From the NCBI RefSeq assembly GCF_009914755.1, contig NC_060928.1: 64,000 bases of DNA. The stretch is one strand, 5' to 3'. Source of the stretch: the human T2T-CHM13v2.0 reference genome, Homo sapiens. Made by a program: the position numbers and the translations under genes. Of this stretch, positions 42,566 through 54,868 are shown in pieces. The notes beneath the pieces were generated by a model. The model made no database searches. It had not been told where the DNA came from and saw nothing but the letters and a program-made list of their open reading frames with translations. How positions within the stretch are numbered: position 1 is the first letter of the stretch; each line of letters begins with the position of its first letter.

Positions 42566-42590
42566 CCTCTCTCTCTCTCTCTCTCTCTCT
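42566..42590. repeat. (CT)n microsatellite
   Basis: Direct reading. Confidence 0.9.
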
Positions 42591-43003
42591 TTCTCCCTCC
42601 CTCCTCTACTGCATCTTTCTGTTATTCTCTCTGTCCACTGCCTCTGGGTTCTGCATTGGCCATGCTATGGCTGTAGAAGGGTCTCATTGTGAGCACTCAT
42701 TTGGTGGAAGCCTATCTTCCAAATCAACTCTAAATTGAAAACAGATCTGTCATTGTCCAGAAACATGCATTGAAGCAGCACCATTTAACTCCGCAACTGA
42801 GTGAGTTGCACAGTTTCATCACCACTACTTTGAATTAAAATAGATAACATTTACCAAATACTTACCATGGGCAGGCATTGTTCAAAGCACTCTATTCAAA
42901 CATCAGTTAATCCTCACCAGATTCTTTGGAGGCTGGTACTTCAGTTAAGGCCATTTTACTAAGGCCCAAGGCCTAGAGGGGTTAAATAACTTATCCAGGG
43001 TCA

Positions 43004-43327
43004 TAAACAAAATGTGGCACATATACACCATGGAATACTATGCAGCCATAAAAAAGAATGAGTTCATGTCCTTTTCACGGACATGGATGAAGCTGGAAAC
43101 CATCATCCTCAGCAAAACAACACAGGAATAGAAAACCAAACACTGCATGTTCTCAGTCATAAGTGGGAGCTAAACAATGAGAGCACATGGACACAGGGAG
43201 GGGAACGTCACACACTGGGGCCTGTCGGAGGAGTGGGGAGAAAGGGGAGGGAGAGCATTAAGACAAATACCTAATGCATGCAGAGTTTAAAACCTACATG
43301 CCGGGTTCATAGGTGCAGCAAACCATG
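43004..43327 (+). mobile_element. L1PA 3' fragment without poly-A, embedded in an antisense MIR (42840-43410)
   Basis: aaaatgtggcacatatacaccatggaatactatgcagcc...ggtgcagcaaaccatg; MIR text (ttatccagggtca | ...ggtttcaaatcccag) resumes on both sides. Confidence 0.85.
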
Positions 43328-44549
43328 TCACCCAACCAATATGGCAGGGACAGGTTTCAAATCCCAGAAGTCTGCATTCAAAGCCTATGGTCTTTGCCAC
43401 AACCTTTGGCCCCTAAAAAGGACATCCTGCTTTAGGGTCAGCCTTATCTTTATAAACAGACTCTTATGTGCTTTGCAAGTATTCGTGACTAAACAGGGTT
43501 ATATTTTTTTAACTCACTATATATAATCATATCTATGCCAAAAAGAATTTAACAGAAACTTATATTAAAAGAAACAGTAAGTTTTTAGTTTTGCCTTTGC
43601 TTTTTTTTTCCACATTAAAAGAGACAAAAATGAATGCTGGCTAAGAAATAAGGAGCTAGGGAGAAACAACTATATCAGAAATGCCTTCAAGGGAAAACGC
43701 CAGATGTGAACAGAAGACAACATGGGATTTCTTGGCTGCCATGACAAAAAGTGGAACATAGTAAATTTCACATTTTTCATCATATGATAAAAACGAAGCA
43801 TGACAGTTCATCAAGAAAGGTACACATTTTATAATACTGAATTTTGAAAGCAACATATTTAATGTTCTTTTTAAATGGCGGCTTGTGTCTTTAGTTGCAC
43901 ATTTAGAGACGTTGCAGATGAGGTCCACATATGAAGGTCAATGCTTATGGCTTTGTAATTTTCCCACCCAAGTCTCTCAAGAAATATCTAGATAAGGAGT
44001 TTGTCACACCAGCAGAGCCAATCACATTTTCATTTCATGGGTGGCTGAGGCAGTGGACCTCACTTTTTAAGCCTCTCTGGCCATCTTCTGGCTCCAAGAA
44101 TATAGTAGGAACAGGCCTGGATTCAGCTTAACCCCAGTTTATATTATTTTTAATTCCAGACACCTTGGTTAAGATAAGTATTTTTAAAAGAATTTTTTGG
44201 CTTCTTTCCAATGCCCTTATTTTATTAGCTACATATCTTAAAGTTACTACTTTTGAATTAAAATGATGAAGGATTTCTCTTTGAGATCACTCAGTTGAAA
44301 AATCCCTCATTTAACCTGGTGGCCCAATATTTCCCTTATTCCTAGTTTTAAAATAGCTCTCTTTCCCACTTAAGACCTCTTTCTCCAATTCTGCCTATTG
44401 TTGATGTGAAGTGACCTCTGACTCAATCTTTTGGGGTGGTAACATGGTTTTCTTTTTTATCCTCTTTCTCCAGAACAAACTTAATTTCTGTAAGTTTCTT
44501 TAAGGCCTAAACTCTATGCTTTTACTTGGGATTGTAATTTTATGCTGCT

Positions 44550-44725
44550 TCTTCAGGTACAGTCCCATGCCAGTGGCATCTATATCACCTAGGAATTGCT
44601 TAGAAATGCAGATTGCCTGTCCTCATTCCAGAACTAAAGAATCAAAAATTCTAGGGAGAGGCCCGGTGTTTTAACAAGCTCACCAGATGCATGATTCTGA
44701 TGCATGCTCAGGTTCGAGTATCACT
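44550..44725. mobile_element. MER5A
   Basis: ggcatctatatcacctaggaattgcttagaaatgcaga...gaatcaaaaattct...ttttaacaagc...gattctgatgcatgctca. Confidence 0.8.
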
Positions 44726-46693
44726 AGACCAGGTTTTCCTTTCTGAAACTTTTAGACATTTCCTTTCTGTCTCACATATTTTCTAAATCAGTAAGTAGCA
44801 GGTAACTGGAGTTAAGATTGTAGACTCTGTATCCCCAACCATCTCAAAACTGGAAGCTTCAGCAACTTTGGAAATCAACAGAATCTAAACAGATACATAT
44901 GGGTAAATTGCCCCTTTTAAAATCCCTTACCATTAGTTTGCCTTCCCACCCATTCTAATATTCCTAGTATTAGTCTCCAAGTGTGTTGCTATCTGTCCTA
45001 TGTATCTTAAGTAATGAAGAAGCTCAGAGCTAACAGGTCAATTTCCCCAGCAATCCTTCCAGTGGGAAAATAAAGAGAAATTACCTTTGTGAGTTGTGTT
45101 TTAGGGCATCTGGCTCATTCAGCATGGATTTTTCCATTTGCCTGTGGCTGTTAACCAGCCTGCAGTGAAGAGGAATTGCCCATCTGTAGTCAGAAAATTG
45201 GAGTGGTGACATATATTTCCTCCCTTGAGTGACACAGAGAGTTCCCTCTCATCATCAATTCACTTAGAAGGACCATTTTCAATAGAAAAATGTACCTGAT
45301 TCTTGCCCATGTTCAGAAAGCCAGCTAAGAATTCTCAAACATTTCATTTCAGTTCAGCTTTGTGACTAATTTCCCTATATGCCTGCTCTTGATGAGTAAC
45401 TGACAAATAGCATTTTATGGAAGCTATGATGGAGTATTTTGCTTTTACTGTGACCATTAATGCATTACAAACAAAATGGAAAGTGTGTGGGTTTCATGTC
45501 AATCAATTTGCATTTCTTGAAATGAGAATTGGAAAAGCCAGATGGTCTTTCCTTAAAGAACAATAGTTATATTGTTTTGCTGTGGTTCTTACGTTATGCT
45601 TAAACGTCAACTGAAACAGACTTTACTTGATATCTTAATCCATGTGTGTTACAATAAAGGAATACCTTTCAACGCAAGACATGGCAGGGCCAAACAAACC
45701 ATATCCAAACCATAGCACTTGGAAAGCAGGATTATTAAGCATTCTTCAGTGACCTGTGCTATTCATTGGAGTTGTATAGTCATTTTGTACAAGGCACAAA
45801 CAGAACAAGTGATCATAACACTTGTGTTTAAAAAGCAGATATAGGTAATGTAAGTGTCAGTAAACTACTGATTAAATTAAGGGCCATGTCTCCTAGAACA
45901 GCTTGTAATGTCAATTTTGTATAGCCATTTTTCACTTATCCAGTCCCTAAACTTATCTGTGCTCTCTTTCCTCCTTGGCCAGAGATCTTATTTCCCTCTT
46001 ATTGAGAAACAGAGGACAGCCTCCATGAGCCCCCTGGGTGTGCCTACCCATCTCCACCTGAGAAGATCTCCTACCTCCATTTGGCCCAGTTTGCCAACTG
46101 GCTTAACAAGAAAAACTGCTCTCCAGAGATACCACCTTGATCTTCACTGCCCCAGGATCTTCTCTGACAGTTAACTCTTTGTCTCTTGTACTTTTGATTC
46201 CTCCCTGTCCCTGTGTGGTTTACAGACTCACACATTGTCTTCCATCTGTGACTCTATTCCATTGCTTTGGGTACTTCCCAGGTTCAGAACCTCATCTTCT
46301 CTCACCTGGGCTCCTCATTGATCCCTCCAGCTGCAGCTGCTTTCTTCCCAGAATTTTATGCCAGAATTATTTCATTAAAATACACGTGTGATTATGTTAG
46401 TCCCCTACCCAAAAACTCAGAGATCTCCAAAAAGAATTAGAAAAAAAATTTAATATAAGCCTGAAGGTCTTCTACTATCCACCTTGAGGCCTTCTACTTT
46501 CTTTTCTAGAACAAGTATCTTCTGCACACCTTTCTGGTTCTTTGAACATCCATGCCCATCTTCAGACCTCTGAACTTCTGCCCTTGTTATTTTCCCATCT
46601 GCAGTGTCTTTTCTCCTCTTGTTGAAATCGTCCTCAGTGAAAAACCTTCCTCTGTGTTCCAGTGCAGATCAATGATACCCACTTCCGTGTACC

Positions 46694-47086
46694 TGCTATG
46701 GTTTGAGTGGACCCTCCCAAATTCATGCTGAAATTCAATTGTCATTGTGATGATATTAAGAGCTGGGACTTTTAAGAGGTGATTAATTCATTAATCATAA
46801 ATTGATTAACACCATTACCTTAGGAGTGAATTCGTTATTTCAGGAGTAGATTCCCAATAAAAAGGATGACTTCAGCCTCAGTTTCTCTCTCTGTTCTGTA
46901 TGCTAACTTACCCTTATGCCATGTTATGACACAGCAAGAAGGGCCACACCAGATGCTGAGGAGATGTTGCTGTCACGTCCTTGGACTTCTCAGCCTCCAG
47001 AACTGTGAGAAATAAATTTATTTTCTTTATAAATTTCTCAGTCTCAGATATTCTTTTATAGCAGCACAAAACCCACTAGAATAGCA
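46694..47086 (+). mobile_element. MaLR LTR (MSTD/MLT1A-like) inside L2 remnants
   Basis: tgctatggtttgagtg...ccaaattcatgctgaaatt...ttggacttctcagcctccagaactgtgagaaataaattt...atagcagcacaaaa. Confidence 0.85.
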
Positions 47087-49395
47087 CCTATTTTATGCTT
47101 TCATTATAGCACTGCCTTCCATTGTAGTTAGTTCTATGTGTCTGAGATCAGGAATAGCGTCTTTTTCCTTTTCTTTTTATCTTTCCCAGCAACAAACATG
47201 GTGATTTATGAAAATTAGATGTTGAAGCACTGAATTACATTGTGTACTGTTAGCCAAATGGATAATCACAGAGGTATTATAGGGAAGAAGACAATGTGGA
47301 TTCATTTTCATCAGACATTGTCTTCTGTAATATTATTTAAATGCAATGTACTTCCCCCATATCTAGAATTTTTATCTATTGGTGAATTGAATTATTATTT
47401 TGAAGTTCTCATATGAAGAAGGCATTTATGTGTGTAAAGTAGAAAGATCAGGCTGGGATTAGAAATGCTAATACGTTCTAGCCCTGGCTGTTCACAAACC
47501 CAGCTGCATGGGTTCTGTAATGTCATTTAAAACTTTGGGAAGACTCAATTTCCTCATCTCTGAAATGAGGAAACTACATTCTCCCTAAACTTTCTACCAA
47601 GTCTAAGATTTTGTTATTTTAACCATCACTATTGTCTTTTGTCAGCTTTTGTTATATAAAATGTACTAGTTTTTATGTTTGATGCGTTGTTTTTCATAGC
47701 ATAGACAACTGTACTTTGAATGCTTCAAGGATTTCCTGATTACTAAGAGGTCCCAACCCTAATAATTAATTCCCTGAGAGAGAGAGAGAGTTAGGCAGCT
47801 CACTTCTTCCTAATCTTTTTGTGGAGTCACCAAGAACAAAGTCTACTAGAAGAAAAGGTGTGGAGAAGATTTCTAAGCCCACAGCATGCCACTCTCAGGA
47901 ACTACCCTCTCTTTTCCAACAAATATTTATTGTGCCCTTATTATGTACCAGGCACTGTTCTAGGCATGAGAATGCAGTGATGAGCGAGACAGACAAGGAC
48001 CCTTCATTCTGGTAGTTTATAGTGGAAAAGAAAAGAAACATGATAAACAAGAAAACAAATTTTAAAAAGGTCATTTTTACCTAGTGATATGGATCAAGGG
48101 AACAATAAGAGAGAGTGTTGTAATAGGTTTTTGAATACCTAGTTTAGCTCAGGTGAACATGAAGGGTCCAGAATAATTAAAGCAGCCACATGTGCAAAGA
48201 TCTAGGGGCCCCAGGGAAACTACCCAACTATAAGAACATTCGTGCTCCTAGTACAGGGGGAAACAAACTCCTAGGAGTCAGATCCAGTTTCCCCAGTGGA
48301 GACGATTTCTGAGGAGTGGGTTCCTGACAAAAAGATGAGTTTTGCCTGCATTTTTCTTTCTCTCATTCTCACTTGCATGAAGCATCATTAGACCTGATTT
48401 AAAGCTCAAATCCTCTCTAGGACAAAGCTATAATGCATAGATCATCTTTGATAGCAGAAAAAAGCGACTCTACTTGTTTCTGCATTACATACACTGCAAA
48501 CATGGGGTTCACATTTGTGAAACATTTCTGTAGGCAGACTTGGCTATTTTTATAGTCTATGGCATAAAAGAGATAGGCTTCAAGTCATGTGCAGTTTGTG
48601 GGAATTGAACCACTTTTAGGTCCAATTCAGGAATGTACATTAAAATGAAAGCTCATAAGAATGATACTGATAGTAGCCCTAATTAAATTTTCACTGACAA
48701 ACTTTAGTACTTCCTTTTCAAAACAATTAGCATCTTGTAGTTCATCAAGATTATAGGAGTGAGAGACCTATAGAATTAGATCCACATTCCTCAGCCAGTC
48801 CCCACTTGAGCCACTCATCCCTTAAATACCATTACATACCATTACATGCTGGCTCTTAGGGTGAGCTTCATCCCAGTCATGCTATAGAGAATAATGGACA
48901 GGATTTTGAACTTCAAAGTTATGCAAACCTGAGTTTACATCTCCATTTTGCCATATACTTGCTGTGTGACCAATTAGACTTTCTCAACCTTGGGAATAAC
49001 AGTATCTAACTTACAATGTCATAGGAAGTACTCAGTAAGTGATATGATTATTGATAAAAAATGAAAGCTCTGTTGTTATTATTGCCGGGCTTCTAATTGC
49101 CTCTGAAAAGCACTCCTCCCTGTTAATAACTATGAGCATTTGCCTAGCTGTATACCCCATCTAGAAGGTCCTTTCCCACCCTCATCCCAATATGCCCAGT
49201 GAAATCTTTTTTATCCAGTGGAGGCCAGTTCAAGTTTTGCTTTCTTCTCCATCCACAGTCAACCTTCTGATTAGTTCCATCTTCTCTGAAGTCTGTGAGC
49301 CCTTACAGACAATACCATGCTTTTTGTTCTTTCACCACTGCTTGCCTGCCCCATATCCCTCTTTCTGATCCAGCCTATAACCTCAGGAAGGGCAA

Positions 49396-49816
49396 TGTAT
49401 TAGTCAGTTCTCACACAGCTATAAAGAAGTACCTGAGACTGGATAATTTATGAAGAAAAGAGGTTAACTGGCTCGTGGTTCCACAGGCTGTACAGGAAGC
49501 ATGGCGACATCCGCTCAGCTTCTGGAGAGGCCTCAGGGAACTTACAATTGTGGCAGAAGGCAAAGGAGGAGCAAGACGTCTTACAAGGTGGAACAGTAGC
49601 AATAGAGAGAGGGGAAGGTGCTACACACTTATAAACAACCAGATCTGGTGAGAACTCACTCACTATCATGACAGCAGCACCAAAGGGGATGGTGTAAAAC
49701 CATTCATGAGAGAGCGCCTTTCTGATCCAATCACCTCCCACCAGGCCCCATCACCAATACTGGGGATTACAACTGAACATGAGATTTGTGTAGGGACACA
49801 GATCCAAACCATATCA
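49396..49816 (-). mobile_element. MaLR solo LTR (MSTA/MSTB-like)
   Basis: tgtattagtc...ccaaaccatatca with a 5-bp TSD ggcaa on both sides. Confidence 0.92.
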
Positions 49817-50104
49817 GGCAATAATCTTGTCTTCTATTTATCGTACCTTCCTCTTCACTGAAATGATGAATCGATGAACAAATAAATGAATATCCTCAGT
49901 GTAAAGATTTTCCTGTAGTTCAAATCAATGTCACCCACCTCTGGGAACCCATTTTATATCTTTATGACAGCATCATCTTGACTTTGTAGGTAATTGTGTC
50001 TGAGATCAGGGGCACTTGCCTGCAGGGAGACAAATTATAAGAATGAAGCAATCTTGTGGAGAGCGACTCTAAAACCATGTAAGGGAAGAGGTTTTCTTGG
50101 GAGG

Positions 50105-50440
50105 ATTATACATTTTTGAAATGTGGGTAGCAGTCTAATAGTAGATCAATAAATCATTCTGTCTAGTAGGTTGCCATCAGCAATTTTTTAGTTGAATGTA
50201 ATAGAATAGAATAGAATAGAATAGAATAGAAAACATCAGGGCGAATTGCATGTAATAAAGTTAACAATTATTTGGTGAAAGAAATTACTGAATCCACTCC
50301 CAGAATTTCTGATTCTATAGGTCTGGGGTGACAACTGCGACTTTCCATTTCTAACATGAGTTTGCTTGAACAGAGTCTTAATATAAAATGTTTTCCTTGC
50401 TGTAGGTCTCAGTCAAAAAATGTTTGAGAAAAACATTGCT
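50105..50440. mobile_element. Charlie4-like MITE with a (GAATA)n expansion (50200-50230) and an inserted MER5 fragment
   Basis: aatagaatagaaaacatcag...ttgcatgtaataaag; MER5 text cccagaatttctgattctataggtctgggg. Confidence 0.55.
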
Positions 50441-51124
50441 CTACTTCATAGATTAAAGAGTGAGGTCTAAGGGACGCATTTTTATAATTTCACCCAGAGT
50501 GCTCTGACATAGGTTATCTTGGAACATTTTAACATCTTTGCCAGGTAGGTAGGAATATGTGATATTACAGTCATTTTAGAGAAAGGGGGACCAGGGGATT
50601 TAGATATACTTAACAGATCTTTGTTGATCAGGCAATTTGGCTTAGCATAGCCACCCAGGTAGACAGCAATTGATTTAGAACCAGAACCCAGAATTGAAAC
50701 TGTTAAATTGTAATTTCTTCACTAATTAAATAAGTGGTTTCTAAACTGTTCAGGGTTTATCATAAGGGTTATGAAAAAATTCTCTGAAGATTTTTTTAAA
50801 ATTTATAAACAAGAAGTCACGTTAAGTCATGCCACTTTTAACTCTGAACTTGGAGGTTGTCATAGTCCCAAAATAAGCAACAGCAGCAACTGCAAAACAA
50901 AACGGTAGAAAATGATTAATAAATGCAGAGTAAGTGATATTAGAAAATCATTGTCTTGCAATCCCAAAGGAAAGAATGGATCTAGACAGCCAGTGAAACA
51001 GACCGACACATCCCAAGCATTGGCCTGTCTCAGAATTTCTAACAGCGAGTCACAGAGATCTTTTGTGCTTCATAATTGATACAGTGGGAAGGACAGCACC
51101 ATCTGTCAAGAATTCTTGCCTTAA

Positions 51125-51972
<848 letters not shown>

Positions 51973-52099
51973 GAACCTGAACATAACTAAGGCTCTAAAT
52001 CTAACTACCAACTTATAGGGAAGCTAATTGAAGAAGGCAAATGACAACAGGAGGAGTGGCACCCAGCTAAATCTACACTGTGAGATATTCAACAACATT

Positions 52100-52258
52100 A
52101 GTACCCAAGGAGGAGATCTTGGAGGGCTTGTTAAACAGAAATGTCTTGGGCCCTACTCCCAAAGTTTGTGATTCTGTGGGACAATATTTGCATTTCTGGC
52201 AAGTTCCCAGGAGATACTGATGCCACTGATCCAGGGGCCACACTTTGAAAACCACTGG
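52100..52258. mobile_element. MER5A-like
   Basis: cttggagggcttgttaaacaga...ttgcatttctggcaagttcccagg...gggccacactttgaaaaccactg. Confidence 0.8.
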
Positions 52259-53783
52259 TCGATAGGATAAACAACCTGCTTATCCAACCAATCAGTGACG
52301 TGAGAGGGAGTGGGGATATTATAGAATAAAATGCCTTCTAACAGCCTACAAACTTAAGACAATGTATAGACTTCACCTGGATCTTAATTCAAGGCAGCTG
52401 CAAAAAGAAATGTTGAAGCAACTGGGAACTAAATGTAGACAAAGTGTGGAGTTAAATTAAGAAATTATCCTTGATAGGGCAACATGGTGGAATAGGATCA
52501 GCTCCGGTCTGCAGCTCCCAGTGAGATCGACAGAGAAGGCAGGTGATTTCTGCATTTCCAACTGAGGTACCTGGTTGATCTCATTGGGACTGGTTGGACA
52601 GTGGGTGCAGCCCATGGAGGGCGAGCAGAAGCAGGATGGGGTGTCGCCTCACCCGGGAAGTGCATGGGGTCAGGGAATTTTCTCCCCTACCCAAGGGAAG
52701 CCATGAGGAACTGAGCCTGAGGAACTCCAGCACAGATACTGCACTTGTCCCATGGTCTTCACAACCTGCAAACCAGGAGATTCCCTCCATTGTCTACTCC
52801 ATCAGGGCCCTGGGTTTCAAGCACAAAACTGGGCAGCCATTTGGGCAGACACTGAACTAGCTGCAGGAGTTCTTTTTTTCCATACCCCAGTGGTGCCTGG
52901 AACCCCAGCAAGACAAAACCGATAACCTCCCTGGAAAAGGGTGCTGAAGCCAGGGAGCCAAGTGGTCTGGCTCGGCAGGTCCCACCCCCCACGGAGCCCA
53001 GCAAACTAAGATCCACTGGCTTGAAATTCTCGCTGCCAGCACAGCAGCAGTCTGAGATTGACCTGGGGCACTCGAGCTTGCTTGGGGGAGGGGCCTCCAC
53101 CATTGCTGAGGCTTGAGTAGGTGGTTTTATGCTCACAGTGTAAACAAAGCCGCTGGAAAGTTCAAACTGGGTGGAGCCCACTGCAGCTCAGCAAGGCTGC
53201 TATGGCCAGACTGCCAGATTTTTCTTCTCTGGGCAGGGCATCTCTGAAAAAAAGGCAGCAGACCCAGTCAGGGACTTGCAGATAAAACCCCCATCTCAAT
53301 GGGACAGAGCATGAGGGGAAAGGCCTGGCTGTGGGCACAGCTTCAACAGACTTAAACGTCCCTAACTGATGGCTCTGAAGAGAGCAGCAGACCTCCCAGC
53401 ACAGCGTTGGAGCTCTGCTAAGGGTCAGACTGCCTCCTCGAGTGGGTCCCTGACCCCTATGTATCCTGACTGGGAGACATCTCCCAGTAGAGGCTGACAG
53501 ACACCTCCTACAGGAGAGCTCTGGCTGGCATCTGGCAGGTGCCCCTCTGGGACAAAGCTTCCAGAGGAAACAAGAGGCAGCAATCTTTGCTGTTCTGCAG
53601 CCTCCACTAGTGATACCCAGGCAAACGGGGTCAGGAGTGAACCTCCAGCAAACACCAGTATACTGGCAGCAGAGGGGGCTGACTGTCAGAAGGAAAACTA
53701 ACAAACAGGAATAGCATGTCCACTCAAAGACCCCATCCAAAGGTCACCAACATCAAAGACCAAAGGTAGGTAAATCCACAAAG

Positions 53784-54804
53784 ATGGGGAGAAACCAGGG
53801 CAGAAAGTCTGAAAATTCCAAAAACCAGAATGCCTCTTCTCCTCCAAAGGATCACAACTCCTTGCCAGCAAGGGAACAAAACTGGATGGAGAATGAGTTT
53901 GACAAGTTGACAGAAGTAGGATTCAGAAGGTGGGTAATAACAAACTCCACCAAGCTAAAGGAGCATGTTCTAACCCATCACAAGGAAGCTAAAAACCTTG
54001 AAAAAAGGTTAGAGGAATGGCTAACTGGAATAACCAGTTTAGAGAAGAACATAAATGACCTGATGGATCTGAAAAACACAGCACAAGAACTTCGTGAAGC
54101 ATACACAAGTATCAATAGCTGAATCAATCAAGCAGAAGAAAGGATATCAGAGATTGAAGATCAACTTAATGAAATAAAGCGTGAAGACAAGATTATGGAA
54201 AAAAAATAAAAAGGAATGAACAAAGACTCCAAGAAATATGGGACTATGTGGAAAGACCAAATCTACATGTGATTGGTGTACCTGAAAGTGACGAGAAGGG
54301 AAGCAAGTTGGAAAACACTTTTCAGGATATTATCCAGGAGAACTTCCCCAAAGTAGCAAGGCAAGCCAACGTTCAAATTCAGGAAATACAGAGAACACCA
54401 CTAAGATACTCCTCGAGAAGAGCAACCCCAAGACACATAATCATCAGATTCACCAAGGTTGAAATGAAGGAAAAAATGTTAAGGGCAGCCAGAGAGAAAG
54501 GTCGGGTTACCCACAAAGGGAAGCCCATCAGACTAACAGCAGATCTCTCTGCAGAAAGCCTACAAGCCAGAAAAGAGTAGGGGCCAATATTCAACATTCT
54601 TAAAGAAAAGAATTTTCAACCCAGAATTTCATATCCAGCCAAACTAAGCTTCATAAGAAAAGGAGAAATAAAATCCTTTACACACAAGCAAATGCTGAGA
54701 GATTTTGTCACCACCAGGCCTGCCTTACAAGAGCTCCTGAAGGAAGCACTAAACATGGAAAGGAACAACTGGTACCAGCCACTGCAAAAACATACCAAAT
54801 TGTA
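53784..54804 (+). pseudogene. L1 ORF1p remnant (disrupted)
   Basis: MGRNQGRKSENSKNQ... is stopped by TGA at 54120-54122; later RPNLHVIGVPE and RATPRHIIIRF; further stop at 54578-54580. Confidence 0.93.
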
Positions 54805-54868
54805 AAGAACATCAACACTGTGAAGAAACTGCATCAACTAATGGGCAAAACAACCAGCTAGCTTCATA

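Noticed and set aside
48595-48625. Pol III B-box (GGTTCAATTCCC on the minus strand) suggesting a tRNA
   Set aside because: No A-box or cloverleaf stems recognisable.
51089-51101. GGACAGCACC, a REST/RE1 right half-site
   Set aside because: The left half is absent and the site lies in old L1 sequence.
52581-53740. Antisense ORFs (140 and 192 aa) in the L1 5'UTR
   Set aside because: GC-richer L1 UTR sequence yields chance antisense ORFs; I cannot match them to L1 ORF0 or any known protein.
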